Source: Archangium sp.
GTDB lineage: Bacteria > Myxococcota > Myxococcia > Myxococcales > Myxococcaceae
Length of the DNA stretch: 27,227 bases
Assembly (NCBI GenBank): GCA_031367385.1
Contig: JANLPS010000246.1
Span: 1 to 27,227 of the forward strand
Reading direction: 5' to 3'
The notes beneath the pieces were generated by a model, which searched no databases, had not been told where the DNA came from, and saw only the letters and a list, made by a program, of their open reading frames with translations. Shown in pieces: positions 5,677-14,840 of the stretch. The position numbers and the translations under genes are program-made. Each line of letters begins with the position of its first letter. Position 1 is the first letter of the stretch.

Positions 5677-7863
5677 TTGAGCGGACAACCCGCCGTTCTC
5701 CAGGTCGTCATCCTGCGAGACGGGCTGCTCGTCGGCACGGAAGTGTTCGTGCCCGGCCAATACACGCTGGGCTCGGTCGACGGTGTCGACTTGAAGCTCG
5801 ATGACCCGACGGTGGCGGCATCGCACGCGTTTCTCTTTTTTCAAAATGGTCGGGCGGCGATTCAAGACGCTGGCAGTGGCGCGGTGTTCGTCAACGGCCA
5901 TCGGGTCAACGCGTGCGAAGTGCGACCGGTCGACGAGATCGCCTGCGGGCCTTTCACGCTCAAGCTTCGGGTGCTCGCGCAAAAGCCGTCGGCCAAGCCG
6001 GTCGCCTCGGCAGAGATGAACGCGATGTTGGGTGGGCCTCCCGGCTCGCCCGGCCCGCAGATCAAGGCAGTGCCCGCGCGCTCGGGGCCGGTGGCTCCGG
6101 TGGTTGCACCGGCGACCGCGGCGCCGACCTCGCAGTCGGGCAAGGGGTCGGCAACGGTCGTGTCGTCACGCCGCATGGGCGCCGCGCCGCAGTCGTCACC
6201 TTCACCGGTGCCAGGTCGCGTGGCGCCGCATTTGCGCCCGGTGCAGTTGGGTGATGACGAAGAAGAGAAGACCGAAGCGGTGACGTTGGCCGCTGAGCAC
6301 GCGCCGACGATGGCCGCGCGCCCGGCGTTGATGATCGAGCCGGCCCCCGCTCCACGGGCGCAGGCACCTGCTCCGGCGCGTCAGCAAGCGCAGGGCCCGG
6401 TGCCGGTGAAGGCGCAAGCGCCGGCCCCGCAGCAGCAACAGCACAAGAAAGATCACAAAAAAGACAAGCACGAGAAGCACGGCAAGAAGGCGAAGAAGGC
6501 CGCGCACACCTACGTGAGGCCGAAGGCCCGCCCGGTACCATCGATACCGGTCTCTGACGGCAAGGGGCGGCCGCACCTGTTCGTCGAGTCGTACTGGGGC
6601 GAGACGCGCAAGTACGTGAAGTCGTACCCGAAGGTCGACCCGAAGAAGAAGCTGCAGGCGCGCGAAGACGACACCGCGCCGGTGCCGCTGTGGGGCTTTG
6701 GCCTCGATGGCAGATCGTTCACCTTCGCCGAGCAGAGCGGAGACCTCTACCGCGTGTACGTGCCACCCCGCGCGGCGGTCGAGCGCAAGGCGCAAGACGG
6801 CAACTTCTACCCGGTCGAGAAGAACACACTCGAAGGCACTGACTCGGGGCGCTTCATCACCCTGGCGACGGGCCACGCGGTGCGCTTCAGCAGCGACGAC
6901 GACATCACGCTGGTGGCGTACGTGCAGCCGCCGATACCGCGGCCGTTCGTCAACCCGCTCAAGAATTTGCCGTGGCTGGCGATTGGGTTGCTGGTCTTGT
7001 TCGGGAGCGCCTTTTTGACCTTCACGATGGTGGCGTACTCGCCCGAGCGCGCCGACTTCGAAGGCAAGAACGTATCGCCGGTGGCGGTGAAGTTGATCGC
7101 TCCGCTCAAGCCCGAAGAGAAAAAGAAGATCGAAGAGAAGATCAAAGAGATCAAAAAAGAAGAGAAGCCCAAGCCCAAGCCGAAAGAAGTGGCGAAGGTC
7201 GAGAAGGCAGTCACGCCTCCCGAGACGAAGAAGGCGCTCAAGACGCTGGAGAAGCTCACGGCAGCCGGCCCGGCGATGAAAGACCTGCTCGCCGCGGTCG
7301 ACAAGTTGGGCAGCGGCCCCGGCGCGAAGAACGCGAAGAACGACTTCAAGCTGTCGGGCCTGCTGGGCAAAGCGCCAATCGCGAACGCGGGCATCGGTAC
7401 GTTCGGCCTCGGCGGTGGCGGCGGCGGCGGCATGGGCATCAAGGGCGCTGAGCTGTTGCGCGGCAAAGGTGGCGCGGGCATCGGCGCGTTGGGCGCGGGC
7501 AACATCGGCAAGGGCTCGGTGTCGGGCACTGTCACACACGCAGTGAGCCGCACCATCGGCGCGCAAGGCAACATCGACAAAGAAGCGGTGGCGAAGGCGA
7601 TCAACTCGCACTTGGCCGAGGTCTCGAGCTGCTATGAGCGCGCGCTGCTCAAAGAGCCCGGGTTGTCGGGCAAAATCATTCTCGAGTGGCAGATCACCAC
7701 TTCAGGTACGGTGGGCTACGCAAAGACGAAATCATCTTCGATGAAGAGCGCAGCGGTCGAGAGCTGCATCATCAATTCGCTCAAGGGGTGGAAGTTCCCC
7801 GCGGCGAAGGGAGCGGGCGTCGTGATCACTTACCCGTTCATGTTCAACTCTGTGGGGTATTAG
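5677..7863 (+). CDS. GltG/PglI-like inner-membrane protein: FHA-like domain, linker, one TM helix, Lys/Glu- and Gly-rich periplasmic stalk, TonB-C-like (AgmX/PglI C-terminal) domain
   Basis: TTG start with AAGGAG RBS. TM LPWLAIGLLVLFGSAFLTFTMVAY. C-terminus CYERALLKEPGLSGKIILEWQI...VESCIINSLKGWKFPAAKGAGVVITYPFMF. Confidence 0.88.
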   Translation: MSGQPAVLQVVILRDGLLVGTEVFVPGQYTLGSVDGVDLKLDDPTVAASHAFLFFQNGRAAIQDAGSGAVFVNGHRVNACEVRPVDEIACGPFTLKLRVLAQKPSAKPVASAEMNAMLGGPPGSPGPQIKAVPARSGPVAPVVAPATAAPTSQSGKGSATVVSSRRMGAAPQSSPSPVPGRVAPHLRPVQLGDDEEEKTEAVTLAAEHAPTMAARPALMIEPAPAPRAQAPAPARQQAQGPVPVKAQAPAPQQQQHKKDHKKDKHEKHGKKAKKAAHTYVRPKARPVPSIPVSDGKGRPHLFVESYWGETRKYVKSYPKVDPKKKLQAREDDTAPVPLWGFGLDGRSFTFAEQSGDLYRVYVPPRAAVERKAQDGNFYPVEKNTLEGTDSGRFITLATGHAVRFSSDDDITLVAYVQPPIPRPFVNPLKNLPWLAIGLLVLFGSAFLTFTMVAYSPERADFEGKNVSPVAVKLIAPLKPEEKKKIEEKIKEIKKEEKPKPKPKEVAKVEKAVTPPETKKALKTLEKLTAAGPAMKDLLAAVDKLGSGPGAKNAKNDFKLSGLLGKAPIANAGIGTFGLGGGGGGGMGIKGAELLRGKGGAGIGALGAGNIGKGSVSGTVTHAVSRTIGAQGNIDKEAVAKAINSHLAEVSSCYERALLKEPGLSGKIILEWQITTSGTVGYAKTKSSSMKSAAVESCIINSLKGWKFPAAKGAGVVITYPFMFNSVGY

Positions 7864-7943
7864 TTTCTCCGCAGTTGTAGCGACTTCAACTACAGTTCAT
7901 TTCAAGACGCTTTTTTCCTCGCGCACTCGCGCGGGAGGGTGAC

Positions 7944-8573
7944 GTGCACAGAGCAATTCTGGTGCTGAGTCTGATGGCTCCGTTGGTTGCATTCGCGCAG
8001 GCAGAAGAGCTCGAGAACCCGGGCACCGTTTCAGCCGTGCAGGAGCGTGCGTATCGCATGCAGCACGAGCTGAACCTGTCGATCGGCATCTTGCCGCTCG
8101 ATGCCTTCTACAAGGGGCTCTACGCGCAAGTCGGTTACGCCTTTCACTTCACCGACTCGTTCGCGTGGCAGGTCGGCCGTGGCGCGTACGTGTACTCGGC
8201 GCGAACGGGCTTGAGAGATCAGCTCGAGCGCGACTTCAACGTGTTGCCGACCAACTTCGAAGAGGTGCAATTCTTCGTCGGCAGCGACCTCATCTGGAAG
8301 CCGCTCTACGGCAAGCTCTCGGTGCTCAACAAATACGTGGTGCACGGTGAGGTCTACCTGTTGGTGGGAGCGACCATCTTCAAGTTCACGAGCGCGTTTC
8401 GGCCGGGCATCAACCTCGGCATCGGAGGCCGTCTCTTCTTGAGCAAGTACGCGAGCCTGCGTCTCGACGTGACGGAGAACCTGGTGTTGCCCACTGGCGG
8501 CGCGGCGAAAACGTTCGCCAATGTCATGACCATCACCTTGGGTCTTGGCATCAACTTCGGCGGCACCGAGTAA
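7944..8573 (+). CDS. Outer-membrane beta-barrel protein, GltA/GltB/GltH-like (209 aa)
   Basis: GTG start with GGGAGG RBS. Signal peptide ending AFA. AVQER, DAFY, WKPLYGKLS motifs and alternating amphipathic strands ending LGLGINF. Confidence 0.85.
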   Translation: MHRAILVLSLMAPLVAFAQAEELENPGTVSAVQERAYRMQHELNLSIGILPLDAFYKGLYAQVGYAFHFTDSFAWQVGRGAYVYSARTGLRDQLERDFNVLPTNFEEVQFFVGSDLIWKPLYGKLSVLNKYVVHGEVYLLVGATIFKFTSAFRPGINLGIGGRLFLSKYASLRLDVTENLVLPTGGAAKTFANVMTITLGLGINFGGTE

Positions 8574-8588
8574 CGGAGCATCAACGCC

Positions 8589-10175
8589 ATGCGATGGGCC
8601 CTCATGCTTGCCCTGCTTGCGTCGCCTGGAGCGATCGCGCAGGGAAAAACGGCTGACCCGGTCACCGGTGATACCGCTGCCAAACCTGCGTCTTTAGCGT
8701 CTGACGGAGGCATCGCGGCGGCAGCGGCGGCGACGACCACGACCGGCACCTCATCAGGGGCGGCGGCGACGCCGATTGCGCCACCGGCGCCGACCTCACG
8801 CAAGGTCGACCCGCACCTCTTCGACCAGGCGCTCAACGACTTCTTCACCGGGCACCCGAAAGACGCGGCGCCGAAGCTGTTCGAGTACACCGAGAATTTG
8901 CCCTCGACCGACGAGAACTACGCGTGGGCCCAGTTCTTCTTGGCGAAGTCGCTGATCGACCTCAAGTTGCGGCACGCTGCGGCCGTCTACCTGGCGCGCA
9001 TCGCTCGGGAGCGCACCAACCCGGCGGTGTTGCCCAAGGCGCTCGAAGAGCTGCAAAAGCTGACCGACTTGCCGCACGACGAGGTGATGATCGACGAGCA
9101 GGTGTTCGGCGCGCTCGACCTGGGGTTCTTGCCTGAAGAGGTCGCGGGCTACGCGCACTACCAGCAAGGTCTGGTCGACCTGCGGGTCGGCAACGAGCGG
9201 TGGGCGACGACGCACTTCTCGAAGTTGCCCGAGGGCAGCGCCGAGGCGTCGCGCGCGAAGTACGCGATGCTGGTGACCCGGCTCAAGCAGTCGAAGAAAG
9301 AATTCCCCAAAGAGATGATCGACCAGTTCTTCGAGCTGGCGAAAGACCCGAAGCTGACGCTCGAGGCCCGCAACGACGCGATGATGGCGGTGTCGCGGCT
9401 GCGCTACGAGGCGCAAGACTTCGCCGGCGCGCTCGAGGGGTACAGCCTGGTACAGCTGCCGTCGCTGGCTCCGGGCCGCGCGACGCTCTACCTCGAAGAA
9501 GCGTGGACGCGGTATCAGCTCGGCCAGATTCACGCCGCGATGGGCATCTTGACCACGCTCGACGCGCCGTCATTTCGCGAAGAGTTCTTGCCCGACAAGT
9601 ATCTGCTCAAGGCGCTGATCTACCGCGACCTGTGTCACTACCTGCCGGCCAAGCGCTCGGCCAAAGAGCTGACCCGTCGGTATGCCGAGTCGCTCGACGC
9701 GATTCGTGAACGTGAAGACCTGACCAAAGACGCGCGATTGTTGCGAGCGGCTTCGGCGAAGGGCTCGACCAAGAGGGCGCGTAAATTTCTCGAGTCGTTG
9801 GAGTTCGAAGGCGAGCAGCTGGGCCGTTACGCCGGCAGCTTCGGCGATCGAATGTTCGGGTACATGACGCGGCTCTACGATTTGTCGCGGGCCGAAGCGG
9901 TTCGCATTTATCAAGACCGGTTGCACGAGTCGGTGCGGGTCGAAGCCGACAAGCTCTTGCGCGCCTCCGAGCAGGTGCGGGTGATGGAGTACGAGGTGGG
10001 TCTGAAGTTGTACGAGCGCATCAAGAAAGGCTCGAAACTGGTTCAGCTGATTGAAGAGACGCCTTTGACCGAGCATCAGGTCGGCTTCAAATTCACCGAC
10101 GAGTATTGGAACGACGAGCTCCGCGATTACCGGTTCTCGCTCAAATCTCGCTGCATCGAGGAGACCGCGCGATGA
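8589..10175 (+). CDS. GltC/NfsC-like periplasmic TPR protein (528 aa)
   Basis: Signal peptide ending AIA. EEAW, LLKALIYRDLCHY and the C-terminal F..EYWNDELRDYRFSLKSRC motif typical of GltC. Confidence 0.82.
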   Translation: MRWALMLALLASPGAIAQGKTADPVTGDTAAKPASLASDGGIAAAAAATTTTGTSSGAAATPIAPPAPTSRKVDPHLFDQALNDFFTGHPKDAAPKLFEYTENLPSTDENYAWAQFFLAKSLIDLKLRHAAAVYLARIARERTNPAVLPKALEELQKLTDLPHDEVMIDEQVFGALDLGFLPEEVAGYAHYQQGLVDLRVGNERWATTHFSKLPEGSAEASRAKYAMLVTRLKQSKKEFPKEMIDQFFELAKDPKLTLEARNDAMMAVSRLRYEAQDFAGALEGYSLVQLPSLAPGRATLYLEEAWTRYQLGQIHAAMGILTTLDAPSFREEFLPDKYLLKALIYRDLCHYLPAKRSAKELTRRYAESLDAIREREDLTKDARLLRAASAKGSTKRARKFLESLEFEGEQLGRYAGSFGDRMFGYMTRLYDLSRAEAVRIYQDRLHESVRVEADKLLRASEQVRVMEYEVGLKLYERIKKGSKLVQLIEETPLTEHQVGFKFTDEYWNDELRDYRFSLKSRCIEETAR

Positions 10176-13100
10176 CGGCGTTGACGTCGGTGGTGCTGGC
10201 GGCGGTATTGAGCCAATCGGGTCTGACGACCGCGGGGTTGCCCAACTCGACGCTGGAAAACCCGCTCGAGACCAAGAAGCGCGAGAAGCAAGACCTCATC
10301 GACAAGCTGCGCCGCGACATCTTCAAGGTCGACCGCAGTTTGGGTGAGACCGAGAAGCTGATCGCCAAGAGCCGCAACGCGCCCTACTTGCCCGACCTGC
10401 AATTTCGCCAGGCCGAGCTCTACGTCGAGAAGAGCCGGTATCGCTACTTTCTGCAGGCCGAGACGCGGCAAGAGGGCGTCAAAGGCGCGCTGGTTTCACC
10501 CGAGACCAAGCTGCTGAAGCAAAAAGCGGTGCAGATCTACAACCGCATTCTGCGCGAGTTCCCTGACTTCAAAGACGCTGACAAGGTCACCTTTTATCTG
10601 GCACACGAGCAGCGCGAGCTGGGTGAGTTCGACCAGCCGGTCGACGAGAACATGCTCAAGACGTTGGGCGGGCTCATCACCAAGTACCCGAGCTCACCCT
10701 TGCGGCTCGATGCCGAGCAGATTCTGGGCGACTACTGGTTCGACAAGTCAGACCTGACCCGTGCCGAGGCGCACTACAAGGCGATTCTCGACGCGCCTCC
10801 ATCGCCGGTGCACGACCTCGCCCGCTACAAAATGGGGTGGATTCGCATCAACCAGGCGAACCATTCGGAGGCGGTGACCTTCTTCGAAGCGGCCGCGGCC
10901 TCGGCTCCGGTCGCGGGGGTCGATGTGGCCAAGGCGCTCAACGTGAAGCGCGAGGCGTTGCTCGACCTGGTCTATTCGTACACCGAGGCGCGGCCGGCCA
11001 AGGGCGCACTGCAGTACTTCGAGAAGCTCTCTGATTCGCGCGCGACGTTCTCATTGGCGCTCGACAAGCTGGGCAACCGCTACTTCATCAAGCAGCAGTA
11101 CGAGTACGCGATACCCGCGCTGCGAAAGCTGATGGAGATTCAGCCCGACCCCGAGCTCGAGGTGGAGCGCGTCGAGAAGTTGTACGACGCGGTCAAAGCG
11201 GCGAAGGGCAAAGTGCAGCCCAAGGCCGAAGACGTCACCTACCTGGTGCGCGCGGCGGTCGGCGTGAAGAAAGACCCGACCAAAGACGAGGTGAGCCGCA
11301 AGAAGACGCTGATCGAGCTCGAAGAGATGTCGCGCGACCTGGCGACCAGCATTCACGGCCAGGCGCAGAAGAAAGAAGACAAGGCGCTCTACCTCGAGGC
11401 GTCGGCGGCGTACGAAAAGTACCTCGGCCTATTTCGCCCGAAGGCCTACGCGACGGCGATGATGCAGAACCGGGCCGACGCGCTGTTCGCGGCCAAGCGT
11501 TTTCCTGAAGCGGCGCGGCAGTTCGAAGAGCTCGCGCTGTACCTCGACACCGCCAAGGCAGCGGCGGCGGGCGCCGAGAAGAAAGACGACCCGAACAAGG
11601 TCGAAGTGGCGAAGGAAAAGACCGAGCCGGTGGCAGCGGCCATCGCGGCGGTGAAGACCAAAGACCCGAAGGCTCCGGCGGCGACTGGCAAGTTGGCGGC
11701 GACGGCTGGGTTGGCGGCGGCTCCGGCGTCTGAGCGAACGTTGAGCGATACCAAGACGCACGACGAAGCGCTCTACGGCGCGCTGCTCTCGCACTACTCG
11801 GCGCTCAAGGCGGGCGAGGTCGAGAAGCTCAACGCGTTCGAAGTGGCCGATGCCCGCCAGGCACTCAAGCTGCTCGGCGCTCAGTTCATCACCCGCTACC
11901 CAAAGAACGAGCATGCCCTCGAGGTGAAATTCAACATCGCGCGCGCCTACTACGAAGACGGCGACTACAAGAAGTCGTCAGAATTGTTCAAGGAATACGC
12001 GCTCAACCATTCCGAGAGCAAAGACGCGCAAGTCGCCGGCAACCTGGCGCTCGACTCGCTGCGGCAGCTCAACGACTTCAAGGCGATCGCCGAGTACGGC
12101 AAGGCGTTTCTCGCATCGAACCTGCCGGCGGCGTTCAAGACCGACGTGCAGAAGATTCTCACCGCATCGAAGAGCGAAGAGCTCGGGGTGATTGCGCTCA
12201 AAGGCTCAGAAGAGACCGGCGACGTGCTGACCGGTTTGCTCAAAGCGGCTGACGAGAACAAGGGCACGGAGCTCGGTGAGAAGGCGCTCTACGCGGCCTT
12301 CGCGGCGGCGCGTGAAAAGCGTGACCTGCGCAAAGAAAAGGAAATCGGCGAGCGCTTCATGAAGGAGTACGTGAAGTCGCAGTTCATCTCAGACGTGATT
12401 CTGACCTTGGGCCGTCACGCGGCCGAAGCGGGCCGGTTCGCCGACGCGGCGCAGTACTACGAGCAGATGGGCAAGATGTTCGCCGGAGACTCGACCGGCC
12501 TCGACTCGCTGCTCGCCTCAGGCCGCTTGCGCCTGGCGATGGGCGACTACGCGGGCGCGGTGAAGGTGCTCGAGACCACGGTCGACCAGGCCGGAGCGCG
12601 CAAGGCAGAGGTGCTGGTGCTGCTCGCCCAGACCGCGATGAAGATGAAGCAGCCCGCGAAGGCCCGCTCGACCGCCGAGCAGGTGATGAAGATCGACAAG
12701 GTGAACGCAGCTGCGGCGTCGATCATCGCCGAGGTGGCGGCGAGCAACCCGAACGAGAAGACCGAGCCGTTGGTTGCGATGATGACTCCGGTGGCGAACG
12801 CGCCGAACGCCGGTGGCGACGATGTGGCCAAGGGGCTCTGGTACGTGGCCGAGATCATGTACCGGCAGTTCAAGGCGCTGCCCAACGACAAGGTCGAAGA
12901 GAAGATCGCCGCGCTGCAACAGATCAAAGGCATCTACGACCAGGCCATCAACATGGGCTCGGCCGAATGGGGCGTGGCTTCGATTTGGCGAATCGGCAAC
13001 AGCTTGCAGCACATCGCCGACGTGGTCGATGCGACGCCTGCTCCGGCTGGTTTGAAGCCCGCCGAGCTCGACCAATTTCGCGCGGCCGTCAAAGGCCAGG

Positions 13101-13648
13101 CTGACACCCTCAAGGCGCAGGCGCAGCAGACCTTCGATACCTGTTTGTCTCGCGCGGAGTCGACCGAGGTGTTCACCGCCGCGGTGGTCGGGTGTCGCAC
13201 CAAGTCAGACGTGGCGAGCTCTCCGCTCAAGGGTGCGCCGGCCGAGCGGCAAGTGGCCAACGCCGACGAGATGCAGAAGAAGGCCGAGACCACGCAGAAC
13301 GCCATCGACTTCGAGGCTTTGGGCATCGCCTACCTGGGCGCCTTTCAGCTCAACAACGCGGTGCTGAACCTGAACCGCGCGCTCGAGCTCGAAGACACCC
13401 GCGCGACCATTCACTCCGCGCTCGGCTATGCCTTCTTGCTGCAAGGCGACGCGAACGCCGCCCGCGCCGAGTACGGCCGGGCGCTCGAGGCCGACCCGAC
13501 CGACGACAAGGCCCGCGCCAACTTGGCCGCGCTGCGTTGCCGTTTCGGAGACGTCGACGGTGCAAAGCGCGAAATCGCGGTCATCAAAGAAGGTGGCGGC
13601 GCGGTCAACGGCCCCGACGTCGACCCCGAGTGGAAGTCGTGCAAATGA
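10172..13648 (+). CDS. GltD/AgmU-like large periplasmic TPR protein with an extra C-terminal TPR tail (1158 aa)
   Basis: Start reassigned to ATG 10172 (ATGA overlap). PDLQFRQAELYVEKSR, ARYKMGW and WGVASIWRIG motifs, many TPR-like helices. Confidence 0.85.
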   Translation: MTALTSVVLAAVLSQSGLTTAGLPNSTLENPLETKKREKQDLIDKLRRDIFKVDRSLGETEKLIAKSRNAPYLPDLQFRQAELYVEKSRYRYFLQAETRQEGVKGALVSPETKLLKQKAVQIYNRILREFPDFKDADKVTFYLAHEQRELGEFDQPVDENMLKTLGGLITKYPSSPLRLDAEQILGDYWFDKSDLTRAEAHYKAILDAPPSPVHDLARYKMGWIRINQANHSEAVTFFEAAAASAPVAGVDVAKALNVKREALLDLVYSYTEARPAKGALQYFEKLSDSRATFSLALDKLGNRYFIKQQYEYAIPALRKLMEIQPDPELEVERVEKLYDAVKAAKGKVQPKAEDVTYLVRAAVGVKKDPTKDEVSRKKTLIELEEMSRDLATSIHGQAQKKEDKALYLEASAAYEKYLGLFRPKAYATAMMQNRADALFAAKRFPEAARQFEELALYLDTAKAAAAGAEKKDDPNKVEVAKEKTEPVAAAIAAVKTKDPKAPAATGKLAATAGLAAAPASERTLSDTKTHDEALYGALLSHYSALKAGEVEKLNAFEVADARQALKLLGAQFITRYPKNEHALEVKFNIARAYYEDGDYKKSSELFKEYALNHSESKDAQVAGNLALDSLRQLNDFKAIAEYGKAFLASNLPAAFKTDVQKILTASKSEELGVIALKGSEETGDVLTGLLKAADENKGTELGEKALYAAFAAAREKRDLRKEKEIGERFMKEYVKSQFISDVILTLGRHAAEAGRFADAAQYYEQMGKMFAGDSTGLDSLLASGRLRLAMGDYAGAVKVLETTVDQAGARKAEVLVLLAQTAMKMKQPAKARSTAEQVMKIDKVNAAAASIIAEVAASNPNEKTEPLVAMMTPVANAPNAGGDDVAKGLWYVAEIMYRQFKALPNDKVEEKIAALQQIKGIYDQAINMGSAEWGVASIWRIGNSLQHIADVVDATPAPAGLKPAELDQFRAAVKGQADTLKAQAQQTFDTCLSRAESTEVFTAAVVGCRTKSDVASSPLKGAPAERQVANADEMQKKAETTQNAIDFEALGIAYLGAFQLNNAVLNLNRALELEDTRATIHSALGYAFLLQGDANAARAEYGRALEADPTDDKARANLAALRCRFGDVDGAKREIAVIKEGGGAVNGPDVDPEWKSCK

Positions 13649-14217
13649 CGACGCCCGGCCCCATCACGCTGCTGTCGGTGATGGGAGCGCTCATGATGCT
13701 GACGGGGTGCCCGCCAAGAGACCCCACGCTGCCGCCCGATGCGAAGTTTCAGCTCGAGGGCAGTGTCGGGCAATTGTTCGACCTGGGCTACGACGAGGCG
13801 CGCATTCAGCTGGCGACCGAAGACGTGGCCCTGCTCTTCGTGCGAACGCGGCCGCTCGAAACCCGGCTGCCCGACGGCGGCCTGGCGATGAACGAGATGA
13901 CCGGCGTGACGGAGGACTACCCAATCAAGATCTCCTACGCGCTGTGGAACGACCAGATACCGGTCAAGACGCGGGTGAACCTGGCCGAGGTCGACCCCGA
14001 TGACCCGAAGAAGCACCGTGCGGTGGTGACGCGCGACGTGCTCAACGACCCGCGCAAGACGTACCCGACGATTCAAATCGGCACGTTGATTTTCAATTCT
14101 CTGCCCGAGGCTGGTGCGAAGGTCACGGGCGACTTCAACATCACTTTTTCAAACGGCATCGAGACGGCGTCAGGCCGCACGGTGTTCGGTCATTTCGAAG
14201 CGAAGGTGGCGCAATGA
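13645..14217 (+). CDS. Lipoprotein, beta-rich, unknown function (190 aa)
   Basis: Start reassigned to ATG 13645 (ATGA overlap). Lipobox LTGC. C-terminal G.F...F...G.F.A pattern. Confidence 0.85.
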   Translation: MTTPGPITLLSVMGALMMLTGCPPRDPTLPPDAKFQLEGSVGQLFDLGYDEARIQLATEDVALLFVRTRPLETRLPDGGLAMNEMTGVTEDYPIKISYALWNDQIPVKTRVNLAEVDPDDPKKHRAVVTRDVLNDPRKTYPTIQIGTLIFNSLPEAGAKVTGDFNITFSNGIETASGRTVFGHFEAKVAQ

Positions 14218-14834
14218 AACAAGTGCTCCTGCTGAGTGTGCTGATGCTGTGCGCGTGTGGGTTGAAGCGCGTGCCGGGCACGGTGCTCGACAAGCTGCCC
14301 TACGAGGCGAAGATCGAGCTGCTCGAAGCCGAGAATGACCTGGCCCTCGCGGTCGACCGGCTCGACGAGGCCAAGGCCGAGGTGGTGCGCACCCGAGATC
14401 AAATTCGGCGCGCGAAAGACCGGTACGGGGCGGCCAAGAGCGAGGTCAGCAACGCGAACGACCAGACCTCGCGTGAGGTCGCTGAGCTGGCGGTGACCGA
14501 GAGTGAAGCGCGGGTCGAGTGGCTGCGCGCCAAGCAGCGCATCAACGTCAGTGAAGAGTCGCTGGCCGAGCGAAACCAGACCTGTGCGTACGCCCGCTAT
14601 GAGCAGACCAAGCTCACCGCGGCGCGCAAGGCGAAGCTCGAGGGCAGTGAGAAGCTCGAGCCCGAGGCCTTCGAGCAGCAGGTCAAAGACTGCGACGCGG
14701 CGTACACCGAGCTCAAAGAGAAGCTCAAAGAGACCAACACCGAAGCCGAACAAGTTCGAGCCGCTTGGGAAAAGACCCGCGCCGCGTTGGCGAAGAAGAC
14801 GTTCGACGCCCGAGCGAGCCCCTATGTGGAGTGA
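14214..14834 (+). CDS. Coiled-coil lipoprotein, unknown function (206 aa)
   Basis: ATGA overlap with the previous gene. Lipobox LCAC. Continuous E/K/A/R heptad-like helix. Confidence 0.85.
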   Translation: MKQVLLLSVLMLCACGLKRVPGTVLDKLPYEAKIELLEAENDLALAVDRLDEAKAEVVRTRDQIRRAKDRYGAAKSEVSNANDQTSREVAELAVTESEARVEWLRAKQRINVSEESLAERNQTCAYARYEQTKLTAARKAKLEGSEKLEPEAFEQQVKDCDAAYTELKEKLKETNTEAEQVRAAWEKTRAALAKKTFDARASPYVE

Positions 14835-14840
14835 CCGGCC

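Noticed and set aside
7411..7431. GGC-type trinucleotide run as a contingency repeat
   Set aside because: It encodes an in-frame poly-Gly within the Gly-rich stalk typical of GltG-like proteins.
6202..7611. 469-aa antisense ORF, and similar long shadow ORFs (16913-18088, 18617-19576, 21579-22934, 26058-27044, 3115-3945)
   Set aside because: They lie opposite or out of frame to well-supported genes, are Arg/Ala-rich with no motifs, and are expected from high-GC codon bias.
13192..13644. Long upstream extensions of ORFs 13192-14217, 10106-13648, 18051-18986 and 20861-21949
   Set aside because: Each has a better internal start that overlaps the previous stop and begins the recognisable domain or signal peptide.
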